Origin: a virus
Taxonomy: Duplodnaviria > Caudoviricetes
IMG/VR virus record: IMGVR_UViG_3300028886_000035
Span: 96,001-160,000 of that record
Length of the DNA stretch: 64,000 bases
Strand: one strand, 5' to 3'
A program made the translations under genes and the position numbers. Under the pieces are notes generated by a model, which had not been told where the DNA came from, searched no databases, and saw nothing but the letters and a program-made list of their open reading frames with translations. Positions 49,192 to 59,822 of this stretch are shown here, piece by piece. Every line of letters starts with the position of its first letter. Position 1 is the first letter of the stretch.

Positions 49192-51051
49192 TTATTTAAG
49201 TAGTTTAATTAATTCTTCTTCTGTAATAATTGGAATATTTAATCGACGAGCTTTATTAGCTTTTGTTGAAGTTGATGTTTTATTATTCATAACTAAATAA
49301 TTGGTTTTTTTAGTAACTGTGCCTGTTACTTTATACCCTTTTGCTTCTATCAAATTAATATATTCTGTACGAGGTTTTGATAATGTACCTGTGATAACAA
49401 AAGATAAATTTTTGGTTTCTATTTCGTTATCAATTGGAGTAATATATTTACGTAATTCTTCCATTTCAGAAATAAATTTATCTGAAATTAATTTTTTTGC
49501 GGTTTTTTCACCAATACCATCAATAAAGGTTAAATCAGATTTTGTTGTAAGAATAGCATATAATTTATCATAAGAATGAAATGTATGCGCAAGTAATTTT
49601 CCAACATTAATTCCAATATCAATAAATCCAATGGAAGATATAAATACTTCTAATGGTAATTCCTTAACAGATTTGATTTCATTGAAAAGATTTTGAGAAC
49701 TTTTTTCTGCAAATCCATCTAATTGTTTGATTTGTTGTAACGTTAAATTGAATATATCTGTTGGTTTATTTACAAATCCTTTATCAATTAATTTAATAAT
49801 AGTTTGTTCGGATAAACCTTTTACGTTAATATTTTTCTTAGAAAACATATATTCAATTCTACTTACAAGTTTACCTTTACAGGTATCATTTGTACAAATT
49901 AGATTATATGAATTTGTATTTGTATTCTGCTTTGTCAATGGTTGTCCACAAGAAGGACAAGTAGAAGGAATAGTTAGTTTTTCTCCATTAGATGATTGAA
50001 TTTTTTGTGTAATTTTTGGGATAATTTTATTGGCTTTAATAACCATAATAGTATCACCAATATGAAAATCAAAATATTCTGCAATACCTGCATTTGATAA
50101 TGTGGCTTGTGATACTGTTGTACCTTCTAATTGAATCGGGTCAAAAATAGCAATTGGAGTAATACATTCCTTTCCAACTTGCCATTTAATGTCTCTAATT
50201 GTTGTTGTTTTTGCTTCGTCCTGTGCTTTATAGGCAAAAGCATTAAGTGGGTGATGAACAGTAGAACCAAATTTTTCTAGGCTATGTTCAATATTTGATT
50301 TAACAACAATACCATCAATAGGAATATCTTTGTTAATGTTATCTTGATACATTTGTTCAATGTATATAATAATTCTATCTGATGAACAATTTGGTAATAA
50401 GTATGATACTGTATTGAACGAAGTATTTTCTTCAATATATTTTAATTTATCCAATTCACTTTTATCATAGCCTATTACATCATAAGCTAGAAATTGGATT
50501 TTATCGAGGTAGGGACTTTTATCCAATCTACGTAAAATACCTGCTGCTGCATTTCTTGCGTTGGCAAAAAGTGGCTGGTTTTGTTTTTTTTGTTGTTCAT
50601 TAATCCATTCAAAATCAGACTGCGTTAAAAATGCTTCTCCACGAATAGGATATTCAGAATGATTTGGTTCACATGGGAAATTGTTAAGAACTTCACCATT
50701 TGAACCATTACCTCTTGTAACAAATTCTCCATTCGGATAAGCAACAATGGTTAATCCATCTAGTTTTAATTCAAGTACTACAGGGTATAGTTTTTTAATA
50801 GTTTTATTTAGTTTTTCTTTTTCATAAAATTTGATTTTATCCAACGAATTTATATTAGTAGGATGTTTAAAAGGTTTTAATCCTTTTTTAATATGTCCTG
50901 AAATATAATCTAATTCTTTTTTACCAAAATGAGTGATGAACTCATTACGGAGATTATCGTAATCTTCATCACTCATAATTGGGTTATCATTATCATAATA
51001 TGCTATATCTGCATTTTTGATTTTTTGAAGTAATGTATCATGTAAAATCAT
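49192..51051 (-). CDS. ligA: NAD+-dependent DNA ligase
   Basis: YY....PIMSDEDYD, ELKLDGL, RGEAF, FANARNAAAG, IDGIVVK, zinc finger CPSCG, HhH, and BRCT FVITGTL. Confidence 0.96.
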   Translation of the reverse strand: MILHDTLLQKIKNADIAYYDNDNPIMSDEDYDNLRNEFITHFGKKELDYISGHIKKGLKPFKHPTNINSLDKIKFYEKEKLNKTIKKLYPVVLELKLDGLTIVAYPNGEFVTRGNGSNGEVLNNFPCEPNHSEYPIRGEAFLTQSDFEWINEQQKKQNQPLFANARNAAAGILRRLDKSPYLDKIQFLAYDVIGYDKSELDKLKYIEENTSFNTVSYLLPNCSSDRIIIYIEQMYQDNINKDIPIDGIVVKSNIEHSLEKFGSTVHHPLNAFAYKAQDEAKTTTIRDIKWQVGKECITPIAIFDPIQLEGTTVSQATLSNAGIAEYFDFHIGDTIMVIKANKIIPKITQKIQSSNGEKLTIPSTCPSCGQPLTKQNTNTNSYNLICTNDTCKGKLVSRIEYMFSKKNINVKGLSEQTIIKLIDKGFVNKPTDIFNLTLQQIKQLDGFAEKSSQNLFNEIKSVKELPLEVFISSIGFIDIGINVGKLLAHTFHSYDKLYAILTTKSDLTFIDGIGEKTAKKLISDKFISEMEELRKYITPIDNEIETKNLSFVITGTLSKPRTEYINLIEAKGYKVTGTVTKKTNYLVMNNKTSTSTKANKARRLNIPIITEEELIKLLK

Positions 51052-51449
51052 TATTTATCTTCTCCAATCAATTCTCCATGATATGAAAGATAATTCAAAC
51101 ATTTATCAACGGCTTTAGCAAACTGCTTAGTGTTATTGTTTGTACAATGATTATAAGCATATCCGTTTGCGTTTTTAAGAATTTTTGGAACGTCTTTCAT
51201 AGATATAAATGCTTCACAGAATTTATCTTTTTCTGATTTGAATAAGCATCTATTATTATCGGTTACATCATCTACACGATAATTGACCAGCAATTTATCA
51301 TTTTTTTGCGCAATATCAATCACATATTGATATCTAAATGCGTCCGATGTGAAGAAAAACAATTGTCGAATGAGTTGACCATCAATATTCTTACTGTTAC
51401 ATTTGTGACGAAAAGTAACTTTGTAATTCATAACACTTATCCTTTCCAA
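51051..51449 (-). CDS. Hypothetical protein
   Basis: 132 aa, coupled to the ligase. Confidence 0.7.
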   Translation of the reverse strand: MERISVMNYKVTFRHKCNSKNIDGQLIRQLFFFTSDAFRYQYVIDIAQKNDKLLVNYRVDDVTDNNRCLFKSEKDKFCEAFISMKDVPKILKNANGYAYNHCTNNNTKQFAKAVDKCLNYLSYHGELIGEDK

Positions 51450-51799
51450 TATGACATATTATTTGTATTCAGATATAGATAAATATAATTTTCATCTTTA
51501 TCTACTGTAGGACTACAATTATCCATTTGACCTATATTTTTCATTATCAATGAATTGTGTAATTCTGATGAAATACGCCAATACTCTGCATCGTTAATGA
51601 ACGTAATATATGGGTCATGCAATGAATGTTGTTTGACTAAATTAGCAAATATAATCATAATAATGTTTCGACAAAAAACCTCTAATGTATGGTTCAAGAA
51701 ATATTTATGATTATCTGAATTGGCATCAAGAAACTCTTCCAATGATTGTTTAATCACTTTAATGTATTTTTTGTTTTTTACAATAATTTCTACAATCAA
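51437..51799 (-). CDS. Hypothetical protein
   Basis: 120 aa, TTG start after AAGGTGG SD. Confidence 0.65.
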   Translation of the reverse strand: MIVEIIVKNKKYIKVIKQSLEEFLDANSDNHKYFLNHTLEVFCRNIIMIIFANLVKQHSLHDPYITFINDAEYWRISSELHNSLIMKNIGQMDNCSPTVDKDENYIYLYLNTNNMSYWKG

Positions 51800-51813
51800 T
51801 TTTATACCACCTT

Positions 51814-53382
51814 TTAACAGATAATTGTTTCTTCAATGTCACGTTTGTAATCCTTGTTATAAGGAATATATGCACGGAGTTTATTCATACGGTCAAGATA
51901 AAAGCATACCTTACCATTATCATAATCCATTACATTATATACCAAATCATCATCAGTTTCAACAATATTCGTATTGAATTTTAGACCATTTACTTCTTCT
52001 CTCAAATCGTCAGGAGGAACTTCTGAAAGGATATCGGTTGTAAGGTGTTTAAGCAAATCGTCTTTACCGAATTTACGTGCATGACGCAAGTCATATACTG
52101 CAAATTCTTCTTGTTCTTCTTCAATGCGAACAAAAACATTTTCATTGACTTTGCCAATGTCAATATATGGCGTTTTGTATTTATCTTCAATCAAATGTCC
52201 GTGATAAAAAGAATTGTTTTCATATGGGATTTTGTATTTTGGATTGTTATCTTTATCCAAATATACAAATACATAGAAATCGTGATAACCATCAATATGG
52301 CACTTTACTTTATAAAAGTATACATGTTCATACTGAATATTTTCTTCTCCACATTCTGCCATCTTTTCATCATCAATTTTGGTTTCAATTGTAACGGAAT
52401 GCTTTAGTTTCATTTCCAACTCTTTTTTGAGCCAATTCAAGTTAAAAGAGTTTTTAATTTCATCATGAGAACTTTCTTTGGCTTCTACCTTTTCATCTTT
52501 AATTTTCTCTACAGGAATACCATTCCATTTGAATAGATTTACACGAGAAAATTTATTTCTGCAAATACCTTTACGAATAATTCCTTTGCGGAAATCTTTG
52601 TCCATTTTTTTGAAGTCTGCGTAATCAATTTCTTTGTTACTTTTTGGTTCAATGGTAAAACGGTTAAGGTTATTTCCAATAACAGGAATGTAAAGTCTTA
52701 AAGTGTTTTTGTTATCAATGAAAATGTAGCCAAAGAAATCTAAATTATCTTTAGAAGAAAAACGCATTACCAAGTGTGGGACAATATCGTTTGAAAAATA
52801 TTCAACTTTTACATTAGTAATGTCATCATAATCAATGGCAACGATACAATCTTTGTATACAAAGTCTAAGATGCTTGCATCCATATCTTTATTATATACA
52901 TATTCGATGTACTTATCGAATTGTTCTTTATCAATAGTAGCATAGCTAACCATTTGCTTGCGAGAACGACCAGGACAAATATGCTTATGAAAATCATCAT
53001 AAATATTGTGAATACTGTCTTTACTATCGAACCATTTGCTTAATTCAGTAGAATCAAGAGGAATAGCATGACGAATGTGGTTTTTATCTTCCTTAGAAAG
53101 AAAATTGTGTTTTGGGATATATGCGCGCAACTTATCGTTTATATCATAGTACAAAACAAAGAATACAGGCATTTCGTCCGATTTATGAGCACTACAAAGA
53201 TATGTATATGTTCCTTTTGCATAATACATAAAATTGTCGAAAGTCATATCAACTTTTTTAAAGTCTGATTTAACTTTTTTGTAAAGTTTATCCAAATTAT
53301 CCATTTCATTCAGAACATCTTCACTTGTTTTGTCCATCGTCATGCGTTTCATTTTTATTCTCCTTATCTTCTTCGGTATCAT
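51814..53382 (-). CDS. Hypothetical protein with four internal repeats (Y.D....LRAYIP)
   Basis: LYYDINDKLRAYIP, IFIDNKNTLRLYIP, VYLDKDNNPKYKIP, FYLDRMNKLRAYIP. Confidence 0.8.
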   Translation of the reverse strand: MIPKKIRRIKMKRMTMDKTSEDVLNEMDNLDKLYKKVKSDFKKVDMTFDNFMYYAKGTYTYLCSAHKSDEMPVFFVLYYDINDKLRAYIPKHNFLSKEDKNHIRHAIPLDSTELSKWFDSKDSIHNIYDDFHKHICPGRSRKQMVSYATIDKEQFDKYIEYVYNKDMDASILDFVYKDCIVAIDYDDITNVKVEYFSNDIVPHLVMRFSSKDNLDFFGYIFIDNKNTLRLYIPVIGNNLNRFTIEPKSNKEIDYADFKKMDKDFRKGIIRKGICRNKFSRVNLFKWNGIPVEKIKDEKVEAKESSHDEIKNSFNLNWLKKELEMKLKHSVTIETKIDDEKMAECGEENIQYEHVYFYKVKCHIDGYHDFYVFVYLDKDNNPKYKIPYENNSFYHGHLIEDKYKTPYIDIGKVNENVFVRIEEEQEEFAVYDLRHARKFGKDDLLKHLTTDILSEVPPDDLREEVNGLKFNTNIVETDDDLVYNVMDYDNGKVCFYLDRMNKLRAYIPYNKDYKRDIEETIIC

Positions 53383-53515
53383 GATAATTAAATAATACTT
53401 TAGTTACCCTGACAATTGTATTACAAATCAAAAATAAAAGAAAGAAGGTTAATATTGGACTATTATTCATAAAATCAAATATCGTCATTATTTTCCCTCT
53501 CTTTCTTTGAGCCAA
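53321..53515 (-). CDS. Small single-TM membrane protein
   Basis: PILTFFLLFLICNTIV hydrophobic segment. Confidence 0.55.
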   Translation of the reverse strand: MAQRKRGKIMTIFDFMNNSPILTFFLLFLICNTIVRVTKVLFNYHDTEEDKENKNETHDDGQNK

Positions 53516-53943
53516 ACCAATGTTTCAAGACGATTTTGTATAACATCTGATTTTCGTTTACAATCAACAATGTTAATTTTATTTAGCTTATATGCTTCTT
53601 CTATTTTATATAAAAGTTCTCTTTGATATTCAATTTCTTTGTCTAAATCAATTTTTGTGTTCTTATTTTTAAAAAGAAGTAATTTATCAGAAATATCCAA
53701 ATCTGGCATTTTAATATTAATGGTTTTGCTAATATGTATATATTTCAAATAGATATATACTCCAAATGAGACAATTGAAATTGTTGTACTCACAAATCCA
53801 ATGATAATCATATAACACATAGAATTAAGTATAACACTATCCGCATTATGTGGCATTGGAAATGCAGAATAACAAAATAATGGTGTAAATGTCAATATCA
53901 TTCCTACTATAAAACTAGTTTGTGTAAATCGTTTTAAATTCAT
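53488..53943 (-). CDS. Two-TM membrane protein
   Basis: 151 aa, AAAGGAG SD, promoter upstream. Confidence 0.75.
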   Translation of the reverse strand: MNLKRFTQTSFIVGMILTFTPLFCYSAFPMPHNADSVILNSMCYMIIIGFVSTTISIVSFGVYIYLKYIHISKTINIKMPDLDISDKLLLFKNKNTKIDLDKEIEYQRELLYKIEEAYKLNKINIVDCKRKSDVIQNRLETLVWLKEREGK

Positions 53944-53967
53944 TGTTTATCTCTCCTTTTCTCATAT

Positions 53968-53996
53968 ATTGTAACATATTATTTGGAATTTGTCAA
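53968..53996 (-). promoter_or_regulatory. Sigma-A early promoter
   Basis: TTGACA-17 bp-(TGn)TACAAT, after a terminator at 54025-54049. Confidence 0.8.
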
Positions 53997-54050
53997 CACT
54001 TTTAACTTTTCTTATAAAGAAATAAGGTAGTACGTGAATTGTACTACCTG

Positions 54051-54266
54051 TTATATTCCATAAAAAATTATATAGTTAAATTTAATTATTTCTTCAGATT
54101 CTTTTTTAGGACAATTTGAATGTTGAGTACTAAAATTAGATGCTTTGCAACTCCAAACACTTTTATTATATATATTATATACTGTACCTACAGTATTATA
54201 TAAATCATGTTCGTTTTGATTTATATATACTGTAACATCATTATTACAAGAATATTTCCATTTCAT
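54051..54266 (-). CDS. G-phi tail family protein, short (ends IIFYGI)
   Basis: 71 aa. Confidence 0.6.
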   Translation of the reverse strand: MKWKYSCNNDVTVYINQNEHDLYNTVGTVYNIYNKSVWSCKASNFSTQHSNCPKKESEEIIKFNYIIFYGI

Positions 54267-54269
54267 CTT

Positions 54270-54617
54270 TCACATCCCCCAACAATATACAATATATGAT
54301 TTTAAATTTTGAGGTGTTGTTACATTTTGTGATAATTCTTTAATTGTTTGTGTAATTTCGTGTGGATAACATTTTATATTCCTAACTTTTCTTAGATATA
54401 TTGTATCATTACCATGATTATAAGCAAAGCAAAAAGTATTAGTATATTTCAAAGAGCACTCTTTAAATAAATTAATTAAAATTTTCCATTCTTTTTCAAA
54501 ACAAACTATAATAGAGATTCTATATTCTGTATTCTGATAATGTCTCAAATCAAATCCACATTGATATGAGTAACGTGGAAAAACATTATGAAAATTTGGC
54601 AAATAATAATAATACAT
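54270..54617 (-). CDS. G-phi tail family protein (ends VYCWGM)
   Basis: 115 aa. Confidence 0.7.
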   Translation of the reverse strand: MYYYYLPNFHNVFPRYSYQCGFDLRHYQNTEYRISIIVCFEKEWKILINLFKECSLKYTNTFCFAYNHGNDTIYLRKVRNIKCYPHEITQTIKELSQNVTTPQNLKSYIVYCWGM

Positions 54618-54620
54618 ATA

Positions 54621-55001
54621 TTATAGTCCCCCATTATAGCATAGCATTAATTGTACAAAATCATCAGTTATATTCAATTCATTTAGTACATTTTGTACCA
54701 TTAATTTTGGATATTTATCACCTAATGTTGTAAAATCTCCTAATAGATAAGTAAAATTATTTTTCTGTTTGTGTTTAAATATACGCATATAAACATCATG
54801 TAATCTATCATCTTCGTTGGGGATAATTAAATCAACCAATCCAATAGCAAAAGGTTCATATTGTTTTAAATATTCTATATTGTCTGTGTCATATAGATTA
54901 TCAAATGATTGCATTGATAATCCTATATACATAGTTATATCGTTCTGTTTAAATAAAAAATAATTATGTTCACAATTGGTAGTAATATGATATGAAAACA
55001 A
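54621..55001 (-). CDS. G-phi tail family protein (ends CYNGGL)
   Basis: 126 aa. Confidence 0.7.
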   Translation of the reverse strand: MFSYHITTNCEHNYFLFKQNDITMYIGLSMQSFDNLYDTDNIEYLKQYEPFAIGLVDLIIPNEDDRLHDVYMRIFKHKQKNNFTYLLGDFTTLGDKYPKLMVQNVLNELNITDDFVQLMLCYNGGL

Positions 55002-55367
55002 TTATAACCCAACTCCATATATATACACAAATGGTATTATATCATCTAAATTGTCTCTTATAAATTTTGTTACAATATCTTTTTCTTCTTTTGTTTTAAA
55101 TTTATATTTTTCTTTAAATTTTAATTGAATTTTGTTTTTTGAATTTAAAACCATTTTTAAATGGAGGAACTGATAATCATTTAGCATAATATCATGATAT
55201 TTTTTCCATCCCTTATAATTAATGGCTAAATTCATTTCGACAGGATAATGATAATATTCAAAATGAAATGATATGTTTGACACATTATTTTTAAAGCGAT
55301 ATTCTAATATATGATGACATTGTGAACACGTAATATTTTTATTATTTGGTATAAATGAAGTAACCAT
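55002..55367 (-). CDS. G-phi tail family protein (ends IYGVGL)
   Basis: 121 aa. Confidence 0.7.
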   Translation of the reverse strand: MVTSFIPNNKNITCSQCHHILEYRFKNNVSNISFHFEYYHYPVEMNLAINYKGWKKYHDIMLNDYQFLHLKMVLNSKNKIQLKFKEKYKFKTKEEKDIVTKFIRDNLDDIIPFVYIYGVGL

Positions 55368-55768
55368 ATTCCATTTCTCATAATTATATAAGTTAAAACG
55401 ATTTGATGAAATGTTTTGTTTATATTACAAATATTCATATATTATTGAAATAATGTTTGTTGTGTAATTTCATTCAATGGATTATTTGGTAAATAATTAA
55501 ATTTAAGTATGTCTAATTTAAATTGATTATTTTTAAATATTAGTGAACAAATAACGTCTTTAAATTCAGTTTTGTATTGACCTTGTTCATCTATTTTATA
55601 GACATTTAAACTTATTGTTCCAAAACTATTTTTATTAAATTTGCTAGAAAAAAATTTTTTAACAAATTTATATAAATATATTGAAAATACAAATTTACAC
55701 GATTTTGTTTTTGAAACAATAATAATATTGTCATTAGCAATATTTATATATGTATCAATGTATTTCAT
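55367..55768 (-). pseudogene. G-phi family member with a premature TAA
   Basis: After ...QTLFQ* the same frame continues YMNICNINKTFHQIVLTYIIMRNGI. Confidence 0.6.
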
Positions 55769-56298
55769 AAACCACGTACCTTTATAATCTTATCTTTATA
55801 TTTATCAAAAATTTCATTTCTACTATTATACATACGTTTACAAATATTTTGTAATAAATCGTTTGGGATGGCAGATAAATATTTTGTTAATCTGTTAATT
55901 TGATTTTCTGTTAAATAACACATGTATTGATTTCTGTTATATGCAGATTTAGGAGATTCAATTTTAAAAGTATCATTATCAATAAAAATTGATAATTTAA
56001 AATCTACATATGATATACCAGTAATAGTTAGACAAAGCATAAGTGGAGTATCTTTGGTTAATTTATATGGCAAAATATTATCAGAATCAAATTGATAAAA
56101 TGGCAAAATATCATCAGAATCAAATGGATAAAAATGTAAATTGATACTTACAGAATTGTAATTGTTAAAAATAGTCCAATGTTCTGTTTTAAATGGAGCA
56201 CAATAATATCTGTTTAAATCTTCACCTGTTTGTTTTTCTATTATAAAATTGTCAATAGACCTAAGATTTTTCAAAATCCACACCTTCTTATTGCCCAT
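55765..56298 (-). CDS. G-phi tail family protein (ends IKVRGL)
   Basis: 177 aa, internal duplication FDSDDILP/FDSDNILP. Confidence 0.7.
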   Translation of the reverse strand: MGNKKVWILKNLRSIDNFIIEKQTGEDLNRYYCAPFKTEHWTIFNNYNSVSINLHFYPFDSDDILPFYQFDSDNILPYKLTKDTPLMLCLTITGISYVDFKLSIFIDNDTFKIESPKSAYNRNQYMCYLTENQINRLTKYLSAIPNDLLQNICKRMYNSRNEIFDKYKDKIIKVRGL

Positions 56299-56705
56299 TC
56301 CGATACTTTTTTAAAGTTAAAAATTTTAGAGTTATTTAATAATTGTCTGATTGGTTTAATTTCATCTTGTGTTATATCACTTAACTTATCAATATCATAT
56401 CCTTCTTTAATACCATCTTCAAACATATCATAATAGGATAATTTTATAATTAATTTTTTCGTATCTTTGGTTTCATATTGCGCATCACTTTTTTTATCAA
56501 TAATAACATATACATTAAAATATCTATATTCAGAAGGGTATGGTATTAAATTATCGTTGATAATATTTAGATTATCTTCTACAAATTTTAAATAAATATT
56601 ATAATTTTGATAAGGTACATAAATATCATATGATTTTGGATTTCTTGTACCATGATAAAGAAGCCATTTATTATAGTATTTTTCCCATTTTTTATAATAA
56701 TCCAT
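56271..56705 (-). CDS. G-phi tail family protein (ends IRRCGF)
   Basis: 144 aa, AAGGAG SD. Confidence 0.75.
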   Translation of the reverse strand: MDYYKKWEKYYNKWLLYHGTRNPKSYDIYVPYQNYNIYLKFVEDNLNIINDNLIPYPSEYRYFNVYVIIDKKSDAQYETKDTKKLIIKLSYYDMFEDGIKEGYDIDKLSDITQDEIKPIRQLLNNSKIFNFKKVSEWAIRRCGF

Positions 56706-56755
56706 TATACCATTTCTCCTTTCATATAATTATTCTTATATAAATAGTTTATCAA

Positions 56756-56785
56756 AAAACAGGTGTTTTGTCAACACCTGTTTTT
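56756..56785 (-). terminator. Intrinsic terminator
   Basis: aaaaacaggtgtt...aacacctgttttt hairpin. Confidence 0.75.
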
Positions 56786-57281
56786 AAATTCCATGATTAA
56801 TATTGATAAGTTCAAGCAATTTATATTTGCAGAAATTATTGATAAAAAAATCTTTTATATTTATATCTGTTTCTGTTTTATCAAAACTTTCATATAATGA
56901 ACTCGGTCGTGGATTTGGTAAGTCCCCAACGTATGTATCATAATAATCTAATTGTATTTCTCCATCATCTGTTCGGTGAATGGCATAATTAAAAATATCA
57001 ATTTGTTTTACAATTGATAAATTATCATTAATATACTCGATTTTAATTTTTGTTTTAACTGTTTCCAAATGTTTAAAGTATCTTTCTAACCCTAGAAATG
57101 GAGTACTATAAAAAATTGTAATCTTAATATTAGAATTATTTGTTTTGTTTTGGAAATGAAATATTGAAGTTAGTTTGTTATAATTAGAAATGTGATGTGT
57201 ATCTATACAAAATGAACAACTGTGAGATAAGTAGTATTTATTATTAAAATTGTTTAATGTCATCATTTCCTCATATCCCAT
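56784..57281 (-). CDS. G-phi tail family protein (ends NINHGI)
   Basis: 165 aa. Confidence 0.7.
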   Translation of the reverse strand: MGYEEMMTLNNFNNKYYLSHSCSFCIDTHHISNYNKLTSIFHFQNKTNNSNIKITIFYSTPFLGLERYFKHLETVKTKIKIEYINDNLSIVKQIDIFNYAIHRTDDGEIQLDYYDTYVGDLPNPRPSSLYESFDKTETDINIKDFFINNFCKYKLLELININHGI

Positions 57282-57293
57282 TTAAACATTATA

Positions 57294-57677
57294 TCACATC
57301 CCATTTGTATAAACATACATATCCTTAATTAAATTTGTTGGGATTGAATTAATCATTTTTTCTATACGTATAGCATCTTTATCCATAATACTTTTTCTAT
57401 CTTTAGGGAATATGTTAAAAGTAGGGATTTCTTGAAAAACAAAATTAAAGCACAGTTGATGTAAACATTTGATTTTCCTTCTGCATGATTGTTTATAGGT
57501 CGCGTTTAATCGAATATTCCCATTTTCATTAAATGATACACAAATGTTTAAATTGTTATTTTGATTAATTGTATATTGATTCCCGCCATAATATCCATTC
57601 TCATTTGACATTAAATGATAATAGTCATACTTAACTAGAGTAGAAATTTTTTCAAGAAACATCGTTATACACCCCAT
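57294..57677 (-). CDS. G-phi tail family protein (ends VYTNGM)
   Basis: 127 aa; tail IP......MY shared with the next two genes. Confidence 0.75.
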   Translation of the reverse strand: MGCITMFLEKISTLVKYDYYHLMSNENGYYGGNQYTINQNNNLNICVSFNENGNIRLNATYKQSCRRKIKCLHQLCFNFVFQEIPTFNIFPKDRKSIMDKDAIRIEKMINSIPTNLIKDMYVYTNGM

Positions 57678-58039
57678 ATCATGATATACATTGCTTTTCT
57701 ATCATCTTGTGGTATATTATCAATTAATTTGTTTGCTCTAATATACCATCTTTTAATATAGTCTTTATCGCCATCGAAATTAAATTGATATGGTTCAATA
57801 AAAATTATATCTATATTATGATTATCATTTTGATGGAAATATACAAGTTTATCCTTCACACCTTTAACACAACAACGATTGCTTTTCGTTTTCCATGCGT
57901 CAATGTGGACATATCTTTCATTAAGAATTCGAATTAGATATGTATTTTGGTGAATATTATCTTTAAATAAAAAATCTTTGCCAAATGAAGAATGACTGTA
58001 TTGTGTTGATTTTAGATTGTTTATATGATGTAATTCCAT
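57665..58039 (-). CDS. G-phi tail family protein (ends IMIWGV)
   Basis: 124 aa; NR.C..G and W..R motifs shared with 58055. Confidence 0.75.
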   Translation of the reverse strand: MELHHINNLKSTQYSHSSFGKDFLFKDNIHQNTYLIRILNERYVHIDAWKTKSNRCCVKGVKDKLVYFHQNDNHNIDIIFIEPYQFNFDGDKDYIKRWYIRANKLIDNIPQDDRKAMYIMIWGV

Positions 58040-58054
58040 ATCATCTTACCTCTA

Positions 58055-58426
58055 TCATAATCCATAATTAATTATATATGCTTTTTGCACAATATTCTGT
58101 GGTAATATATCAACTATTTTACGTACACGTTTAAACCAATGCTGTTTAAATTCACTATAACTATAGTATCCTGAATTTTCTCCATGACATATATTGTTAT
58201 CTTTTAAATAAAGTTTTAATTCCCCATCATGAAAAATTGGTTTAAATTCGGTACAAGCTAAACCTCTAATGCAAACTCGATTTGTGTTACTCATATGAGC
58301 ATTAAAACGAACATTGAATTTATTGTTTAAGTATATTTCATAGTCATGACGATGTTCTTCATCAATAATTTTGATATTACAAGCTCCAAATCTATGATAT
58401 GCTTCAATTGAACGAATATAAATCAT
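58055..58426 (-). CDS. G-phi tail family protein (ends IINYGL)
   Basis: 123 aa, AAAGGAG SD. Confidence 0.8.
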   Translation of the reverse strand: MIYIRSIEAYHRFGACNIKIIDEEHRHDYEIYLNNKFNVRFNAHMSNTNRVCIRGLACTEFKPIFHDGELKLYLKDNNICHGENSGYYSYSEFKQHWFKRVRKIVDILPQNIVQKAYIINYGL

Positions 58427-58450
58427 ATTTAATCTCTCCTTTTATAAAAA

Positions 58451-58479
58451 ATTATATCAAAATTTTTTATTTTTGTCAA
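58451..58479 (-). promoter_or_regulatory. Sigma-A early promoter (perfect consensus)
   Basis: TTGACA-17 bp-(TGn)TATAAT, after a terminator at 58497-58523. Confidence 0.85.
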
Positions 58480-58521
58480 CAGTTTTTTGAATAGAAAAAC
58501 GACTATCAACTAGATAGTCGT

Positions 58522-58875
58522 TTATAATCCAAAAGATATAATATAAAATTGTTTTAAACAACGTTTTTTAACAAATCTTATGATTTTTTTTGATGTTTTA
58601 AAATCCATAGGCACATCATATTTAAATGCAGCTTGTTTTGTAATATCCATAATTTTAATTCCTTTTGAAGTTAAACGTACTTTATAATGACTACTATAAT
58701 AAAAATTATATCTAATTATTAATATAAAATCTCTTTTATTATTATGACTATAATAATAGTCTATATTTAAAATACCATCTTTATATGTTAATTGAAATTG
58801 ACTATATGTTTCATTGAATATTTCTATATATTTCGTTTTAATATGTTGAAAACGAAAATATGAATTTATATTCAT
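58522..58875 (-). CDS. G-phi tail family protein (ends IISFGL)
   Basis: 117 aa. Confidence 0.7.
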   Translation of the reverse strand: MNINSYFRFQHIKTKYIEIFNETYSQFQLTYKDGILNIDYYYSHNNKRDFILIIRYNFYYSSHYKVRLTSKGIKIMDITKQAAFKYDVPMDFKTSKKIIRFVKKRCLKQFYIISFGL

Positions 58876-59225
58876 ATACCTCTACCTATCGTTACCATTT
58901 TAAAAATTTCTTCTTTATAATTTCTATATATTTTTTTTGCTTTTATAACATAATCCTTGTCAAAAATTTTTTCTATAAACCATATTGTTCTATACTTATC
59001 GTTTTTACCAACAATATTAGCATTAATTTTAATGCCATCTTTATTTGTTATATCAAAATGGAAGCTATCTGCAACATTATGATGAAAATTTTCATAGCAA
59101 TAAGAACTACTTGTATTGACTCTAATATGTATGCGATAAGTTTCACCATGATATGTAATTTCAGTTGTATATAACGATAAATGGTCATTGTATATTATAG
59201 TACCATATTTTGTTATTTTGCTCAA
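58872..59225 (-). CDS. G-phi tail family protein (ends TIGRGI)
   Basis: 117 aa. Confidence 0.7.
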   Translation of the reverse strand: MSKITKYGTIIYNDHLSLYTTEITYHGETYRIHIRVNTSSSYCYENFHHNVADSFHFDITNKDGIKINANIVGKNDKYRTIWFIEKIFDKDYVIKAKKIYRNYKEEIFKMVTIGRGI

Positions 59226-59228
59226 TAT

Positions 59229-59711
59229 TTATAATCCTTCTGTATAAGTAATAATGTTTTGAATAAATCGTTGACCATCATTTATTAAAAAATCATCAAA
59301 AAAAATACAAATGTTTTTATATTGATTGATGTTTTGCTTGTGATTTCTCATATTTATATAGTATTTTTGTTTTTTATAATTGGTTATACTAAAATTTCCT
59401 TTTCGATATGGTATTTCTATTTTTTGTGATATAAATTTTAATCCATTTTTAATTTTTATATCATACGCTCTATGAGTATAGTGAATATCTTTGTCTATTA
59501 TAGATAAAACAAGAGTTTTATGGTTATTATGTTTCATTTCACCATAACTGTTCATGATATAATCATTGGCAATTGTAATATCTATATTAGCCTTTTTGTC
59601 TTGATGAATAATATCAAACCGATAATGATATGTATCATGATATTTTTGTGAACACTTATTTCTATATACAATTTTAACATTTTGTTCTTCAAATGTCCAT
59701 TGTTTTTGCAT
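59229..59711 (-). CDS. G-phi tail family protein (ends TYTEGL)
   Basis: 160 aa. Confidence 0.7.
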   Translation of the reverse strand: MQKQWTFEEQNVKIVYRNKCSQKYHDTYHYRFDIIHQDKKANIDITIANDYIMNSYGEMKHNNHKTLVLSIIDKDIHYTHRAYDIKIKNGLKFISQKIEIPYRKGNFSITNYKKQKYYINMRNHKQNINQYKNICIFFDDFLINDGQRFIQNIITYTEGL

Positions 59712-59822
59712 TAAAATTCACCACTCTTTATGTTAAAAGTTTTATCTTCTACAATAAATATATAATAAAAATTGACTTATTATTTATTTACTATAACTAT
59801 TAATTATAGTTTAAATAATAAG

